Source of the DNA: Candidatus Latescibacterota bacterium
GTDB taxonomy: Bacteria; Latescibacterota; UBA2968; UBA8231
Direction: 5' to 3'
Assembly (NCBI GenBank): GCA_965243025.1
Contig: CBDETY010000003.1
Location: forward strand, 3,168,001 to 3,232,000
DNA length: 64,000 nt
Shown: positions 28,589 to 40,224 of the stretch, in pieces
Layout of the letters: the number at the start of each line of letters is the position of its first letter
Position numbering within the stretch: the stretch's first letter is position 1
Program-made: the position numbers and the translations under genes
The notes under the pieces: model-generated
What the model saw: only the letters and a program-made list of their open reading frames with translations
What the model was told of the DNA's origin: nothing
The model's database searches: none

Positions 28589-29836
28589 ATGAACATTCTC
28601 GACGATCTGCAGAACCGGGGGCTCCTCTACCAGGTTACCGAAGGCCTCGGGGAGCGGCTGCGGCAGACGCAGCCTCTGACCGTGTACGCCGGCTTCGACC
28701 CGACCGCCGACAGCCTCCAGATCGGCAACCTCGTCACCGTGCTGCTGCTGCGCCGTTTCCAGGAGGCCGGGCACGCGCCGATCGCCCTGGTAGGCGGCGG
28801 TACCGGGCTCATTGGGGATCCGGGCGGCAAGTCGGAGGAGCGCGTCCTCAATCCCGCCGAAACCGTGGCGGAGTGGGCGGAGAAAATCCGGGCCCAGCTC
28901 GAGCCCTATCTCGACTTCAATTCGCGCACCAACCCCGCGATCCTCGTCAACAACTACGAGTGGCTCGGAAAGGCCGGGGCCATCGACCTGATGCGGGACG
29001 TCGGCAAGCACTTCCCGGTCCCCTACATGCTCGCCAAGGACTCGGTCGCTTCCCGCCTCGAGGCGGGGATCTCCTACACCGAGTTCAGCTACATGGTGCT
29101 GCAGGCCTTCGACTTCCTCCAGCTCAACGAGCGCTTCGGCTGCGAGGCGCAGCTGGGCGGCAGCGACCAGTGGGGGAACATCACCGCCGGGGTCGACCTG
29201 ATCCGGCGCTCCGCCGGGCGCCGCGCCTACGGCCTCACCTGCCCCCTTGTCACCAGGGCGGACGGCAGCAAGTTCGGCAAAACCGAGGGCAGCACCGTGT
29301 GGCTCGACGGCTCCCTGACCTCGCCCTACGAGTTCTACCAGTTCTGGATCAACGCCGACGACGCCAGCGCCGTGAACTACCTGAAGGTCTTCACCTTTCT
29401 CGGAGCCGGGGAGATCGAGGCGCTCGCCGGGGCGACCGCGGAGAACCCGGGCCGGCGGGAAGCCCAGCGCGTCCTCGCCAGGGAGGTGACGGCGCTCGCC
29501 CACGGCGCCGCCGCGGCCGCCAAGGCCGAGAAGATCTCCACCGCCCTGTTCTACGGGAATCTCGGCGAGCTCGAAGAGGACGAGATCGAGCAGGGGTTCC
29601 ACGACGTCCCGACCTGGGGTATGGGGGAGCCGGAGCTCGGGCTCGTCGATCTGCTGGTCGCCTCCGGGATCTCGCCGTCGAAGCGGCAGGCCCGCCAGGA
29701 CATCGGCAGCGGCGCCATCTACGTCAACGGCGAGCGCTGCACCGAGCTCGACCGCGTCATGCGCACCCGCGACGGCCTGCACGGCAAGTACCTCGTCCTG
29801 CGCCGCGGCAGGAGCAAGTACTTCCTGATCAGGTAA
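28589..29836 (+). CDS. tyrS: Tyrosine--tRNA ligase
   Basis: YAGFDPTADSL, GGGTGLIGDPGGK, EFSYMVLQAFDF, QLGGSDQWGNI, KFGKT, S4-like C-terminus. Confidence 0.97.
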   Translation: MNILDDLQNRGLLYQVTEGLGERLRQTQPLTVYAGFDPTADSLQIGNLVTVLLLRRFQEAGHAPIALVGGGTGLIGDPGGKSEERVLNPAETVAEWAEKIRAQLEPYLDFNSRTNPAILVNNYEWLGKAGAIDLMRDVGKHFPVPYMLAKDSVASRLEAGISYTEFSYMVLQAFDFLQLNERFGCEAQLGGSDQWGNITAGVDLIRRSAGRRAYGLTCPLVTRADGSKFGKTEGSTVWLDGSLTSPYEFYQFWINADDASAVNYLKVFTFLGAGEIEALAGATAENPGRREAQRVLAREVTALAHGAAAAAKAEKISTALFYGNLGELEEDEIEQGFHDVPTWGMGEPELGLVDLLVASGISPSKRQARQDIGSGAIYVNGERCTELDRVMRTRDGLHGKYLVLRRGRSKYFLIR

Positions 29837-30019
29837 GGCAGAGACCCGGGCAAGGCGGCGGAGACGGGAAGGACCGTTTTCGCAATCTCCGCGCACGGTC
29901 CCGGCTGCCGCTGAATCGGAATACGGCGCGGCTGACCCGCCCGGGGCGGCCCCCGCAGAAGCCGCATGCCGGCCGGCAGTCCCTGAGAGTTCCCAAAGAC
30001 CTGGAGCGGGCCCCCCGCC

Positions 30020-31840
30020 TCACTCCCACTCGACGGTGGCGGGCGGCTTGTGGGTGATGTCGTAGTAGACCGCCTCGATGCCGTCGAGGGCCAGCAGCTT
30101 TCCCGTGACCTCGGTGAGGAAGGGCTCGGGGAGGCGGTCGAAGCGGGCGGTCATGAAGTCGTCGGTGGTGACCGGGCGCAGCACGATGCTCTCGCGCCGC
30201 CCGTCCGAGGAAAGCGGCACCAGCACCGCCGGCATCTGCGTCACCGCGGCCATCAGCCCGTGGCGCTCCAGGGCTTCCATGGCGATCGCGTCCGCCTCCC
30301 GCAGCAGGTCGAGCCGTTCCCGCGTCAGGTACCCCTCCCTGAGGCGCTGATCCAGTCTTTTCTCCGGGCCGAGCTGCAGGACGACGCGGTTCACCTGCGG
30401 GACGGTGTTGGTAAGCTCGGTGCTCAGCCGCTCCAGGAGGTCCCAGTCGATCGCCCCGGGGGCGGCCCCGGGACCGGAGATGCGCACCGGGTGGGCGTAG
30501 CTGCGCCCGTCTCCCTGGACTCCGACGCTGCGCAGCGGCAGCAGGTCGGCGGTCAGCCCCGACCCCGTCGCCGCGGCCGCTGCCTCGTCCGGCAACCGCA
30601 GGCTCGCGGATCCGTTCTCTTCCACGCCGTCGCTGCACAGCACCCGCACCGCCAGGCCGGGGCCGGGGAACGGGTGGCGCCAGACCAGGCGGCGCGGCAG
30701 CCCGAGCTTCTCCCCCAGCTCCCGCACCTCGTCCTTGTACAGGTCGCCGAGGGGCTCGACGATCCTGCCTTCGGCCAGCAGCTGCTCGACGACGGGGACG
30801 CGGTTGTGGTGGGTCTTGATGGTCTCGGCGTGGGCCGTCCCTCCCGACTCGATGCGGTCGGTGTAGAGAGTCCCCTGCCCCAGCAGCCACTCTTCCGGGT
30901 CGAGGGCGAGATCCTCGAGGGCGCGGTCCCGGGTGCGGATGAACTCGTCGCCGATGCGCCGGCGCTTGACCTCGGGATCGCTGACCCCGGCGACCGCGGC
31001 GAGGAACTCCGGGCCGGCGTCGACTACCTTGAGGTTCTCGAACCCCGACTCCCGCATCAGCCCGGCCACCGTTGCGGTCTCGTTCTTGCGCATGAAGCCG
31101 TTGTCGATGTGCAGGCCGAGGACGCGGTCGCTGCCCAGGGCCCTGTTCAGCAGCAGGAAGCAGACGCTCGAATCGACGCCGCCGCTGACGAAAAGGAACA
31201 GCTTGCGGCCGGCGCAGCGCTCCCGCAGCGAGGCCACCGACTCGCCGATGAAGTTCTCCATCGTCCAGGTGCGCTCGCACCCGCACAGGTCGAGGAAGTT
31301 GTCGAGAATCCGCATCCCCGACTCGGTGTGGGTGACCTCGGGATGGAACTGCATGCCCCAGATGCGGCGCTCCGGGTCCCCCATCGCCGCCACCGGACAG
31401 TCGTCGGTCTCGCCGAGGCGCTCGAACCCGGGCGGCATCTCCGCGACCGTGTCGCGGTGGCTCATCCAGATCTTTTCCACCGGGGACAGGCCTCCAAGCA
31501 CACCGGTCGCCGAGTGCACGCGCAGCGACGCCGCCCCGAACTCCATGCGGTCGCCGGGTTCGACGCGCCCCCCGAGATGGTGGCAGAGCAGCTGGTGGCC
31601 GTAGCAGAGCCCGAGCAGCGGCAGGCCGCAGGCGGCCACCTCCGGATCGAACGGCGGCCGGTCCTCGGCGTAGACGCTGGCCGGTCCCCCGGAAAGGACG
31701 ATGCCGCGGACGTTCCGCAGGCGGTCCGGGTGGGTATCCGGAGGGAGTGTCTCGGCGTAGACGTTGAGGCGGCGGATGCGGTTGGCGATCAGGTGGGCGT
31801 ACTGACCGCCGAAGTCGAGGACGGCGATGCCGGGGTTCAC
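30020..31840 (-). CDS. guaA: GMP synthase (glutamine-hydrolysing), long form
   Basis: LDFGGQY, GLCYGHQ, QFHPEV, SGGVDS, IKTHHN, HPFPGPGLAVR, KPPATVEWE. Confidence 0.95.
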   Translation of the reverse strand: MNPGIAVLDFGGQYAHLIANRIRRLNVYAETLPPDTHPDRLRNVRGIVLSGGPASVYAEDRPPFDPEVAACGLPLLGLCYGHQLLCHHLGGRVEPGDRMEFGAASLRVHSATGVLGGLSPVEKIWMSHRDTVAEMPPGFERLGETDDCPVAAMGDPERRIWGMQFHPEVTHTESGMRILDNFLDLCGCERTWTMENFIGESVASLRERCAGRKLFLFVSGGVDSSVCFLLLNRALGSDRVLGLHIDNGFMRKNETATVAGLMRESGFENLKVVDAGPEFLAAVAGVSDPEVKRRRIGDEFIRTRDRALEDLALDPEEWLLGQGTLYTDRIESGGTAHAETIKTHHNRVPVVEQLLAEGRIVEPLGDLYKDEVRELGEKLGLPRRLVWRHPFPGPGLAVRVLCSDGVEENGSASLRLPDEAAAAATGSGLTADLLPLRSVGVQGDGRSYAHPVRISGPGAAPGAIDWDLLERLSTELTNTVPQVNRVVLQLGPEKRLDQRLREGYLTRERLDLLREADAIAMEALERHGLMAAVTQMPAVLVPLSSDGRRESIVLRPVTTDDFMTARFDRLPEPFLTEVTGKLLALDGIEAVYYDITHKPPATVEWE

Positions 31841-31934
31841 GGGGTGCTCCCCCGGGGAGAGGGTGACATCGAAGCGCGGGGAGAAGCCGAATATAGAGCC
31901 GGCGAACCGCGGTGCAACCGCCCGAATACCCGCC

Positions 31935-34670
31935 TTACCGGATCAGGGTCATCTTCCGCCTCAGGACCAGCGCCCCGACCCTGAACTGGCAGTAGTAGAC
32001 CCCTGAGCCCGCCCGGTACCCGGAGTCGTCGGTGCCGTCCCAGACCGCCTGGTAGATACCCGGGGCGGCGGGAGCCCTTGCAAGGCGGCGCACCAGCCGG
32101 CCGCTGAGGTCGCGCACCTCGAGGGACATCTCCGACTCGTCCGACAGGGACGCGTGCAGGATGCCGACGGTATAGTCGATCCGGGTCGAGGCGTTGAACG
32201 GGTTGGGGAAGTTCGGCTTCAGCTCGAAGTCGACCGGAACGCGGGGATCGAAGTTGAGGGAAGGGCGCCAGGCGACCGGCCCGGATATGCGCTCGCCTAT
32301 CCAGGTTTCGTCGTCGCTGCCCCACCAGTTGTTGTCGGCCAGGAGTTCCATCGGGGACTGGTTGTCGATCAGCAGGGCCGCCCCCTCCACGGCGTTGAGC
32401 TCGAGGCGCTCGGGCACGCGGAGACCGGAGACCCGGAGTACCAGCTCGCTGTCGGCGAAGTAGTTGTCGACGATGCTGAGACCGGCGCTTCTGGCGATCA
32501 CGGCGACGCGGTTGCCCTCGAACCGGTTCTGCACGATCTGCACCTCCCCCGATCCCTCGCCGAGAACCCCCGTGACCCCGGAAAAGCGATTGCCGCTGAC
32601 CACGCCGTGGGTGCGCCTGCCCAGGACGAGGTTGGCCGCATCCTCCGCCTCCCGCCCGTTGCCCTCGAATTCACTGTCCAGGCAGTTGAGCCCGCCTCCG
32701 ACCCGCACCAGTCCGCTGGCGGCGCTGTTCTCGATGCGGCTGTCCGCGACGTGCACCTTTCCGGCCGATCCGTGCACTACGACGCCGTTCGCTCCGGCGT
32801 TGCGAACCAGCAGGCCTTCGAAGCTGATCGGGGCGTTGTCGGAGTTGATGCGCATCCCGTCAGCGGACGTGTTGGAGATCGTCACCTGCTTGAGCTCCAG
32901 GTGACTGTGCAGGCCGTCCGACGAGATCGCCTCCTCCGCAAAATCGATATCGACTTCCCGCAGGACGAGACTCCCCGAAGAATGGATATGGAAGCCGCCC
33001 CAGGCTCCGGGCGCCGGGCGCGGGCCGGCAGGCATGATGCGGCTGCGCCGGCCGCCGGATATCGAGGCGAAGTCTCCCAGGAGGCGGATCTCGCAGCGGT
33101 CGGGATCGCTCCCGGCGCGGCGCTGGTCCTCACTCACCAGCACCGTGGTTCCGTTCAGCATTCTCACCGTCGCCGAGGATCCGACGGAGACATCGCCAAC
33201 CACCTGGATGGTGTCGGCCCAGATGTCCTCGGCGGCGATGAACCCGGCGCGCCTGCGGTCGTTCAGCTGCACGTCGGCGACCATGGCCTCCCCTGCGCGG
33301 CGTATGTTGGAGACGCTGATCCGCGTCGGGGCCGCGGGGTTGGATACGGTCGAGAAATCGCTGAAGAGCCTGCCGTCGAAGACGTCGGTCGCGTCGCCGG
33401 AATTGCCCCCGAAGCGGGCGTTGTACTCCTCGTCGCGGGACCAGAAATCGAGGTTGTCCCTGCCGATGTGAAACCCCTTCTCCGTTCCGTACGGATACCC
33501 GGCATCGAGGAAGAGCCCGTCGGCGCAGACGAGGTCCACCCTCTTCCCCTGTTCGTTGGTGTTGCCCAACGCCAGCTCGTCAATCTCCCAGACCAGCAGG
33601 CCCTCGCCCGGAAGGTTGCGTTCGTAGTGGCTGTTGGCGCGGCTGCGGTGCTCGACGAGGAGGTAGCGGGACTCGTTGATCCGTATCAGGACGACTTCCC
33701 CCCCGGCGTTGACGTCCTCGAAGACCAGCCCTTCGGCGTCGTTTTCGAGGAGGCGCAGGCGGCTGTTGGCCACCCCGAGCCATCCCAGCCTCGCCAGGCT
33801 CCAGGCGCACAGCGGGTTCGGCCCGTCGCCGCCGCCCCAGCCGATGGCCCCGTGGCCCATCAGGCCCCAGCTGCCGATGCCCGCGGACTGGCCGGAGGGG
33901 GGCACCTCCTCCCGCCGGATCAGGACGTCGGTATCGTACAGGTCCGGCAGCCCGAGGGTGTGGGCGAACTCGTGGCACATGTTGCCCGCGGCCGTGGCGA
34001 ACCTCGCCCCCTGCTGAGTAACTCCTTCCTCTATGCGGATGAATCCCCCGTTGGCCCGGGGGTCGTCGGTCCTGAAGCCCCACCCGAGGGAGGCGATTCC
34101 GGTGGCGTTCCTGACGATGAACCCCGGCGGGGTCGAGCGGGCGATCACGAACAGGAAATCGACTTCGCCGTCGTCGTCCCCCGAGTTGGGCAGGCCGTCG
34201 GGGCCGTCGTTGTCGTACAGGCCGTAGTCGATCTCCCTGTCGGAGGCGGCTATCAGCTCGGTGACGTAGTCCGCCCAGCGCCCCGGCTCCCCCTCGACCT
34301 GGCTGATGTAGGAGGAGGCGGGGCCGTTGGAGGAGTACTCCTTCGGCAGGACCGAGCCGGTGATCTCGTACTGACCCCGCGACATCTCGGTGTAGAAGTG
34401 GGTGACGCTTCCCGGGAGGCCGGGATCGAAGAGATCCTCGGCGAAGGCGGGAGGGGTGTTGCCGGGGCGCGCCTCCTCGTCGGCGAAGCGGCCGAACAGG
34501 GCGACCGCATGGACACTGCCGGTAACGGGAACGGATTCCAAGATCCTCTGCGCCGGTTTGGCCGCGGCGTGGGCGACATGAAACCCGGCCTCGAGGGCCG
34601 GGGCCCCGGTCTGCCCGGCAAGCAGCAGGGCGGCGCAAAGGCCCCTTTCCGCGAGGGGAAAGCGGCGCAT
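31935..34670 (-). CDS. Secreted M6-family (immune inhibitor A-like) metalloprotease with beta-helix region and FlgD/T9SS-like C-terminal domain
   Basis: Signal peptide, DNDGPDGLPNSGDDDG, CHEFAHTLGLPDLYD, WGLMG, parallel beta-helix repeats, NFPNPFNAST...WDGTDDSG...RKMTLIR. Confidence 0.8.
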   Translation of the reverse strand: MRRFPLAERGLCAALLLAGQTGAPALEAGFHVAHAAAKPAQRILESVPVTGSVHAVALFGRFADEEARPGNTPPAFAEDLFDPGLPGSVTHFYTEMSRGQYEITGSVLPKEYSSNGPASSYISQVEGEPGRWADYVTELIAASDREIDYGLYDNDGPDGLPNSGDDDGEVDFLFVIARSTPPGFIVRNATGIASLGWGFRTDDPRANGGFIRIEEGVTQQGARFATAAGNMCHEFAHTLGLPDLYDTDVLIRREEVPPSGQSAGIGSWGLMGHGAIGWGGGDGPNPLCAWSLARLGWLGVANSRLRLLENDAEGLVFEDVNAGGEVVLIRINESRYLLVEHRSRANSHYERNLPGEGLLVWEIDELALGNTNEQGKRVDLVCADGLFLDAGYPYGTEKGFHIGRDNLDFWSRDEEYNARFGGNSGDATDVFDGRLFSDFSTVSNPAAPTRISVSNIRRAGEAMVADVQLNDRRRAGFIAAEDIWADTIQVVGDVSVGSSATVRMLNGTTVLVSEDQRRAGSDPDRCEIRLLGDFASISGGRRSRIMPAGPRPAPGAWGGFHIHSSGSLVLREVDIDFAEEAISSDGLHSHLELKQVTISNTSADGMRINSDNAPISFEGLLVRNAGANGVVVHGSAGKVHVADSRIENSAASGLVRVGGGLNCLDSEFEGNGREAEDAANLVLGRRTHGVVSGNRFSGVTGVLGEGSGEVQIVQNRFEGNRVAVIARSAGLSIVDNYFADSELVLRVSGLRVPERLELNAVEGAALLIDNQSPMELLADNNWWGSDDETWIGERISGPVAWRPSLNFDPRVPVDFELKPNFPNPFNASTRIDYTVGILHASLSDESEMSLEVRDLSGRLVRRLARAPAAPGIYQAVWDGTDDSGYRAGSGVYYCQFRVGALVLRRKMTLIR

Positions 34671-35087
34671 CACCGCACCGCGGGGTCGGCGTCGTGCCGT
34701 TTGCGCCCTGGTTTCATCCAAGTTCCCGGTAGTGCCGGCGCGCGCGATCGAACGTTGCCCAGGCAGGCAGGCTGTTGCTGTATCCGCGCGCCATTCCGCC
34801 CGAGTCCGGGCGGTGCCGCCCCGGGGCACGGACACGGCGCTGGAAAAAGCCCGGACAAGCCGCGAATGTCCCGCCCGTCCACGGCCACCCCGGGGATCGG
34901 GGTCACCGGGCAGGCTCCGGAGTTCGCACGGGCGGTACGCGGTCCGTACGCCGGCGCGTCTTCTCCTTCGACGATCCAGGGGCAGTCCCGGTTTCTGCGG
35001 TTCGGCCCCGGCCGCGCCGGTTGCTGCAATCGGAAAACCAGCGGAAATGTAACGAGGCGCCCCGGCGGGCGCCTTTGCCGGCCTCCG

Positions 35088-36794
35088 TCAGCTCCCTGCC
35101 AGGTCGAGCTGCAAGCTGGCGAGGTGGCCGTTCTCGCGCCCGCGGCGGCGTTCGAAGCGGTAGCGGAACGAGGCGGAGGCAGGCCCCCTGGCGAGCTCCA
35201 GGAGCCCGTACGCCCGCCAGCCCTCCCCGTTCAGGGCGCGGATGCTGACGGCCCCGGGAAGATCGTACTCGAACTCGTAGATGCGGGCGTCCCACGTGTC
35301 GACGCGGAAGCGGCTGAGGTGCCCGCTGCAGCGCAGCGCCCCGAGACGCAGCCGGACAGCGACGGAGGCGCTGGCGGCGCGGTCTGTCTCGGAGCCGGTT
35401 CGCACCTGCCCGGTCTCGAGGCGGAGGCGGACCACCGGCAGGCGGCCCTCCCCTTTTCGCTGCAGGTCGAAGCGGACCTTGCGCGACCTGGCGGTCGCGG
35501 CTTCCCCCTGCTTCCAGACCGGTTTGCACCGCTGCCTGAGACTGAGTTTCGGGTTCCACGCCGCCACCCGCGCGAGAGCCCGGCCCAGTCCCTCCGGGCC
35601 CCGGCCCCGAAGCGGTTTCACCAGCCGGGCGAGTCTCCACTCGGCGCCGAACAGGGTGTGCTCGCCGGGCATCGGGTAGAAGTAGGTCCTCTCCGGACGC
35701 CGGTAGCGGTCGCCGTAGAAGCTCAGACCTGTCCTCCGGTGCCCGATCACCACCAGGACTCCGCGCTCGTTCTTCATGCCGCCGGCGCCGGGAGCGCCTC
35801 CGAAGAAGGCGTGGTACCCCGGGTCGTAGGCCCGCAGCAGCACCCCGGCGGTCAGCCGCCGCGACGACAGGCGCATGCCCCCCACCCACCCCAGGGGACC
35901 TCGGTCCTGAAGGGCGGCCTCGCCGAAGCCCTTGAACCGGCGGCCCCGCCAGGTCAGATCGAGGCCGGCTGTCGACTGCCCGCGTCCGTGAAAGGCGTAC
36001 TCGACCCGACCCGGGCGCCGCAGGTCGACCGGGCGGGAGAACCGGACCTTCAGAAGGGTCGTCCCGAACGAGAGCCTGCCGCGCTCGCGGCGCAGCCTCA
36101 GGACCCCGGTCTGTCCGCCGAGCCGGTCGGCATTGCGCCGTTCCGCCGGGCTGACGTGGTAGCCGCTCTGCGGCAGCGAGGTGACGCGCCCGCTGTCGTC
36201 GACGCGGGCGTCGAAGCGGATGCCTCCGGCCAGCACCGCCGCCTCGAAGCCGGGCCGGCGCAGGCGCAGCGACAGCCCGCGGACGGAGTGGTTCTCCGCG
36301 GAGGATCGGTACCCCGTCGCCCCTGTGTCGCGCCGCGGCCGGGGCATGGCCGCTCCACCGCGCCAGCCGTGGCGGCTGAACACCAGCCCCTGGGCGAAGC
36401 CCGGCCTCAGGTCTCCGGCGACCGCTTCGAACCCGGCGAGCTCCGCGGACGCGTGGGCGCTGGCGAAATCCCTCCAGGACCGCTCTCCCGGATCCTTCTC
36501 GGCCAGCGCGTACAGGGCGGGACCGCCGGGAGCTTCCCATTCGAGCCGCTGGTACACCCTGGCCTGGCGGTATCCCGGCTCGCGGCCCTGCAGACGCCAG
36601 CGCCCCGACCAGCCCGAAGCGGAGAGGTCCGCCAGGCGGCTGGCCAGGGAGGCTGCTCCCGCCCCCTCCTCGAAGGCGAGGGCGTCGGCATCCCCCTCTT
36701 CCCGGGACCCGTCGGCGGCGATCGGAACCGCGAGGAATGCAGGAGAAAGGATCGCCGCGGCGGCGACCGCCGCGATGGGCGTCCTGGAAAGCAT
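35088..36794 (-). CDS. Probable outer-membrane beta-barrel protein related to the Bacteroidota ComEA/HhH-associated family, HhH domain apparently absent
   Basis: Signal peptide, EKDPGE, GDLRPGFAQGLV, NERG, IYEFEYDLPG, terminal LQLDL beta strand. Confidence 0.55.
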   Translation of the reverse strand: MLSRTPIAAVAAAAILSPAFLAVPIAADGSREEGDADALAFEEGAGAASLASRLADLSASGWSGRWRLQGREPGYRQARVYQRLEWEAPGGPALYALAEKDPGERSWRDFASAHASAELAGFEAVAGDLRPGFAQGLVFSRHGWRGGAAMPRPRRDTGATGYRSSAENHSVRGLSLRLRRPGFEAAVLAGGIRFDARVDDSGRVTSLPQSGYHVSPAERRNADRLGGQTGVLRLRRERGRLSFGTTLLKVRFSRPVDLRRPGRVEYAFHGRGQSTAGLDLTWRGRRFKGFGEAALQDRGPLGWVGGMRLSSRRLTAGVLLRAYDPGYHAFFGGAPGAGGMKNERGVLVVIGHRRTGLSFYGDRYRRPERTYFYPMPGEHTLFGAEWRLARLVKPLRGRGPEGLGRALARVAAWNPKLSLRQRCKPVWKQGEAATARSRKVRFDLQRKGEGRLPVVRLRLETGQVRTGSETDRAASASVAVRLRLGALRCSGHLSRFRVDTWDARIYEFEYDLPGAVSIRALNGEGWRAYGLLELARGPASASFRYRFERRRGRENGHLASLQLDLAGS

Positions 36795-36966
36795 GGCAAC
36801 CCCGGGGCGGCAAATCCCGTACCCGCGCCTTCCTCTCCGGCGCAGGCCTCCCGATGTGTGATTTCGCACACACCCCGTTTCCCCGGCCACACGTTTGACC
36901 GCGGCCCCGCGGGGGCGGCATCTTGGTCAATCCCGCCCCGACCACCCCTGCCCGCGGAGCGCGCCC

Positions 36967-37785
36967 GTGAAGTTCGGAACCTGCAACGAGTACTTCGAAG
37001 ACTGGCCCTTGGAAGAGGTGTTCGACTACGCCGCGGCCATCGGCTACGACGGCGTCGAGATCGCCCCTTTCACCCTGGCCGGTTCGGTGGAGGAGATCCC
37101 CGCCTCCCGCCGCGCCGGGATCCGCCGCGCCGCCGAAGCGGCCGGCGTCGAGATCATCGGCCTGCACTGGCTGCTGATCAGTCCCGAGGGTCTGTACACC
37201 AACCACGTCGACGAGGGGATCCGCAACCGCACCCGGGACTACTTCCAGTCGCTGATCCGGTTCTGCGGCGATCTGGGCGGGGGTGTGATGATCATCGGCT
37301 CGCCCAAGCAGCGGAACGTGCAGGAAGGGTGGGACTACGGCGAGACCTGGGACCGCACCCGGGCGGTCTTCGAGGACTGCCTGCGGCTCGCCGAACAGCA
37401 CTCGGTGTACCTGTGCATCGAGCCGCTCAGCGCCGACCAGACCAACTTCATCACCACCGCGGCCGAGGCCCGGCGCATGGTGGCCGAGATCGATCACCCG
37501 AACTTCCGCACGATGATCGACTGCTGCAGCGGCTCCACCGAGGAGCGCAGCCTCGCGCAACTGCTGGCCGACTCGGGGGAACACCTCTACCACGTCCACG
37601 TCAACGACGCCAACAAGCGCGGACCCGGCTTCGGCGACACCGATTTCACCCGGGTGATGAGGAAGCTGCGAGAGCTGGAGTACGAGCGCTACGTGTCGGT
37701 CGAGGTGTTCGACTTCGCACCCGATCCGCGCACGATCGCCGCGGGAAGCCTGAAGTACCTCGAGGGGATCGCCGACGCGCTTTGA
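36967..37785 (+). CDS. Sugar phosphate isomerase/epimerase (D-psicose/tagatose 3-epimerase-like TIM barrel)
   Basis: GYDGVEIAP, CIEPL...TNF, HVHVND..KRGPGFG, VSVEVF. Confidence 0.88.
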   Translation: MKFGTCNEYFEDWPLEEVFDYAAAIGYDGVEIAPFTLAGSVEEIPASRRAGIRRAAEAAGVEIIGLHWLLISPEGLYTNHVDEGIRNRTRDYFQSLIRFCGDLGGGVMIIGSPKQRNVQEGWDYGETWDRTRAVFEDCLRLAEQHSVYLCIEPLSADQTNFITTAAEARRMVAEIDHPNFRTMIDCCSGSTEERSLAQLLADSGEHLYHVHVNDANKRGPGFGDTDFTRVMRKLRELEYERYVSVEVFDFAPDPRTIAAGSLKYLEGIADAL

Positions 37786-38228
37786 CCCGGGCCCGCCTGG
37801 TCTTTGCCGGCGGTCCCGGTTGGCCCTGACAACGCCTGCCGAACGGAGAGACTATTCGTACCGGGCCCCTCCTCCGTCCGCGTACGGCGGCACCAGAAAC
37901 CAGTCCTGCGAAAGCCCCCCTTTCACGACTTCCGCATAATAGAGTTGAAGAGGCGGCCCGTCGTCGAAGGTCACTCCGAGCTTCGTAGAACTGTGCCCGT
38001 GTGTCGAGGGGTTCCCCTCCCTCCAGGGACATCAACCCGCCGCTGTGATCTCCGTCGACGAAAACGAGAATGGATCCGTCTCTTTTTCGCTCCTCCATGG
38101 CTTGGGCCAGGTGAGCCGACTCCATCACGCCGGCGAACGGTGGGCTGCGTGAAAGGTACATTGTCTGCCGCAGGTTAGCGCCCCGGTCCCCTGCGGGATC
38201 TCCGCCCCCGTACCTGCGCCGCCGACTA

Positions 38229-38256
38229 TTGACAGGCAAACGCCAATGCTTAGCCT
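38229..38256 (+). promoter_or_regulatory. Possible sigma70 promoter for the VOC-gatB unit
   Basis: TTGACA-N16-TAGCCT. Confidence 0.35.
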
Positions 38257-38364
38257 TCGACCCCCCCGGGACCTTCACACCCGGGCCGGTGCGGATGGCC
38301 TTCCCGCAATCCGCCCGAGCCTGCGACATCCCCAACTACAGCAACCAGAAAACCGGGAGCAGAC

Positions 38365-38736
38365 ATGCCGAACTATTCCCTGAACCACGTTCACCACGAA
38401 TCCACCGACGTCCATGCCGCCGCCGACTGGTACGTCCGGCTGTTCGACGCCGCCGCGGACGAGCCGTTCGAGCGCGGCGGAGCCACCTGGCTGCGCGTTC
38501 ACATAGGGGAGGTCACGGTTACGATCACCGACCGCGACTTCTCCGCCATGGAGCTGGGCCGCTACCAGGGGCTCGATCACTTCGGGCTCGACACCGACGA
38601 CTTCGACGCCACCCTCGAGCGCATCGAAGCGGCCGGGGTCGACATCTGGGCCGGCCCCCTCGAGGCCGAGGGGATGCGCATCGTCTTCATCAACGGGCCC
38701 GACAACGTCAAGATCGAGCTGATGGAAAGGAAGTGA
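38365..38736 (+). CDS. VOC/glyoxalase family protein
   Basis: LNHVH, GLDHFGL, FINGPDNVKIELME. Confidence 0.85.
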   Translation: MPNYSLNHVHHESTDVHAAADWYVRLFDAAADEPFERGGATWLRVHIGEVTVTITDRDFSAMELGRYQGLDHFGLDTDDFDATLERIEAAGVDIWAGPLEAEGMRIVFINGPDNVKIELMERK

Positions 38737-38763
38737 CCGCTCCTCTTCAGAAGCGTCCGGTCC

Positions 38764-40209
<1,446 letters not shown>

Positions 40210-40224
40210 GCCTTCCCGATCCCG

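Noticed and set aside
32154-37829. 1891-aa plus-strand ORF
   Set aside because: Antisense or out-of-frame shadow of the M6 protease, barrel and epimerase genes. No motifs, and long stop-free frames are expected at this GC content.
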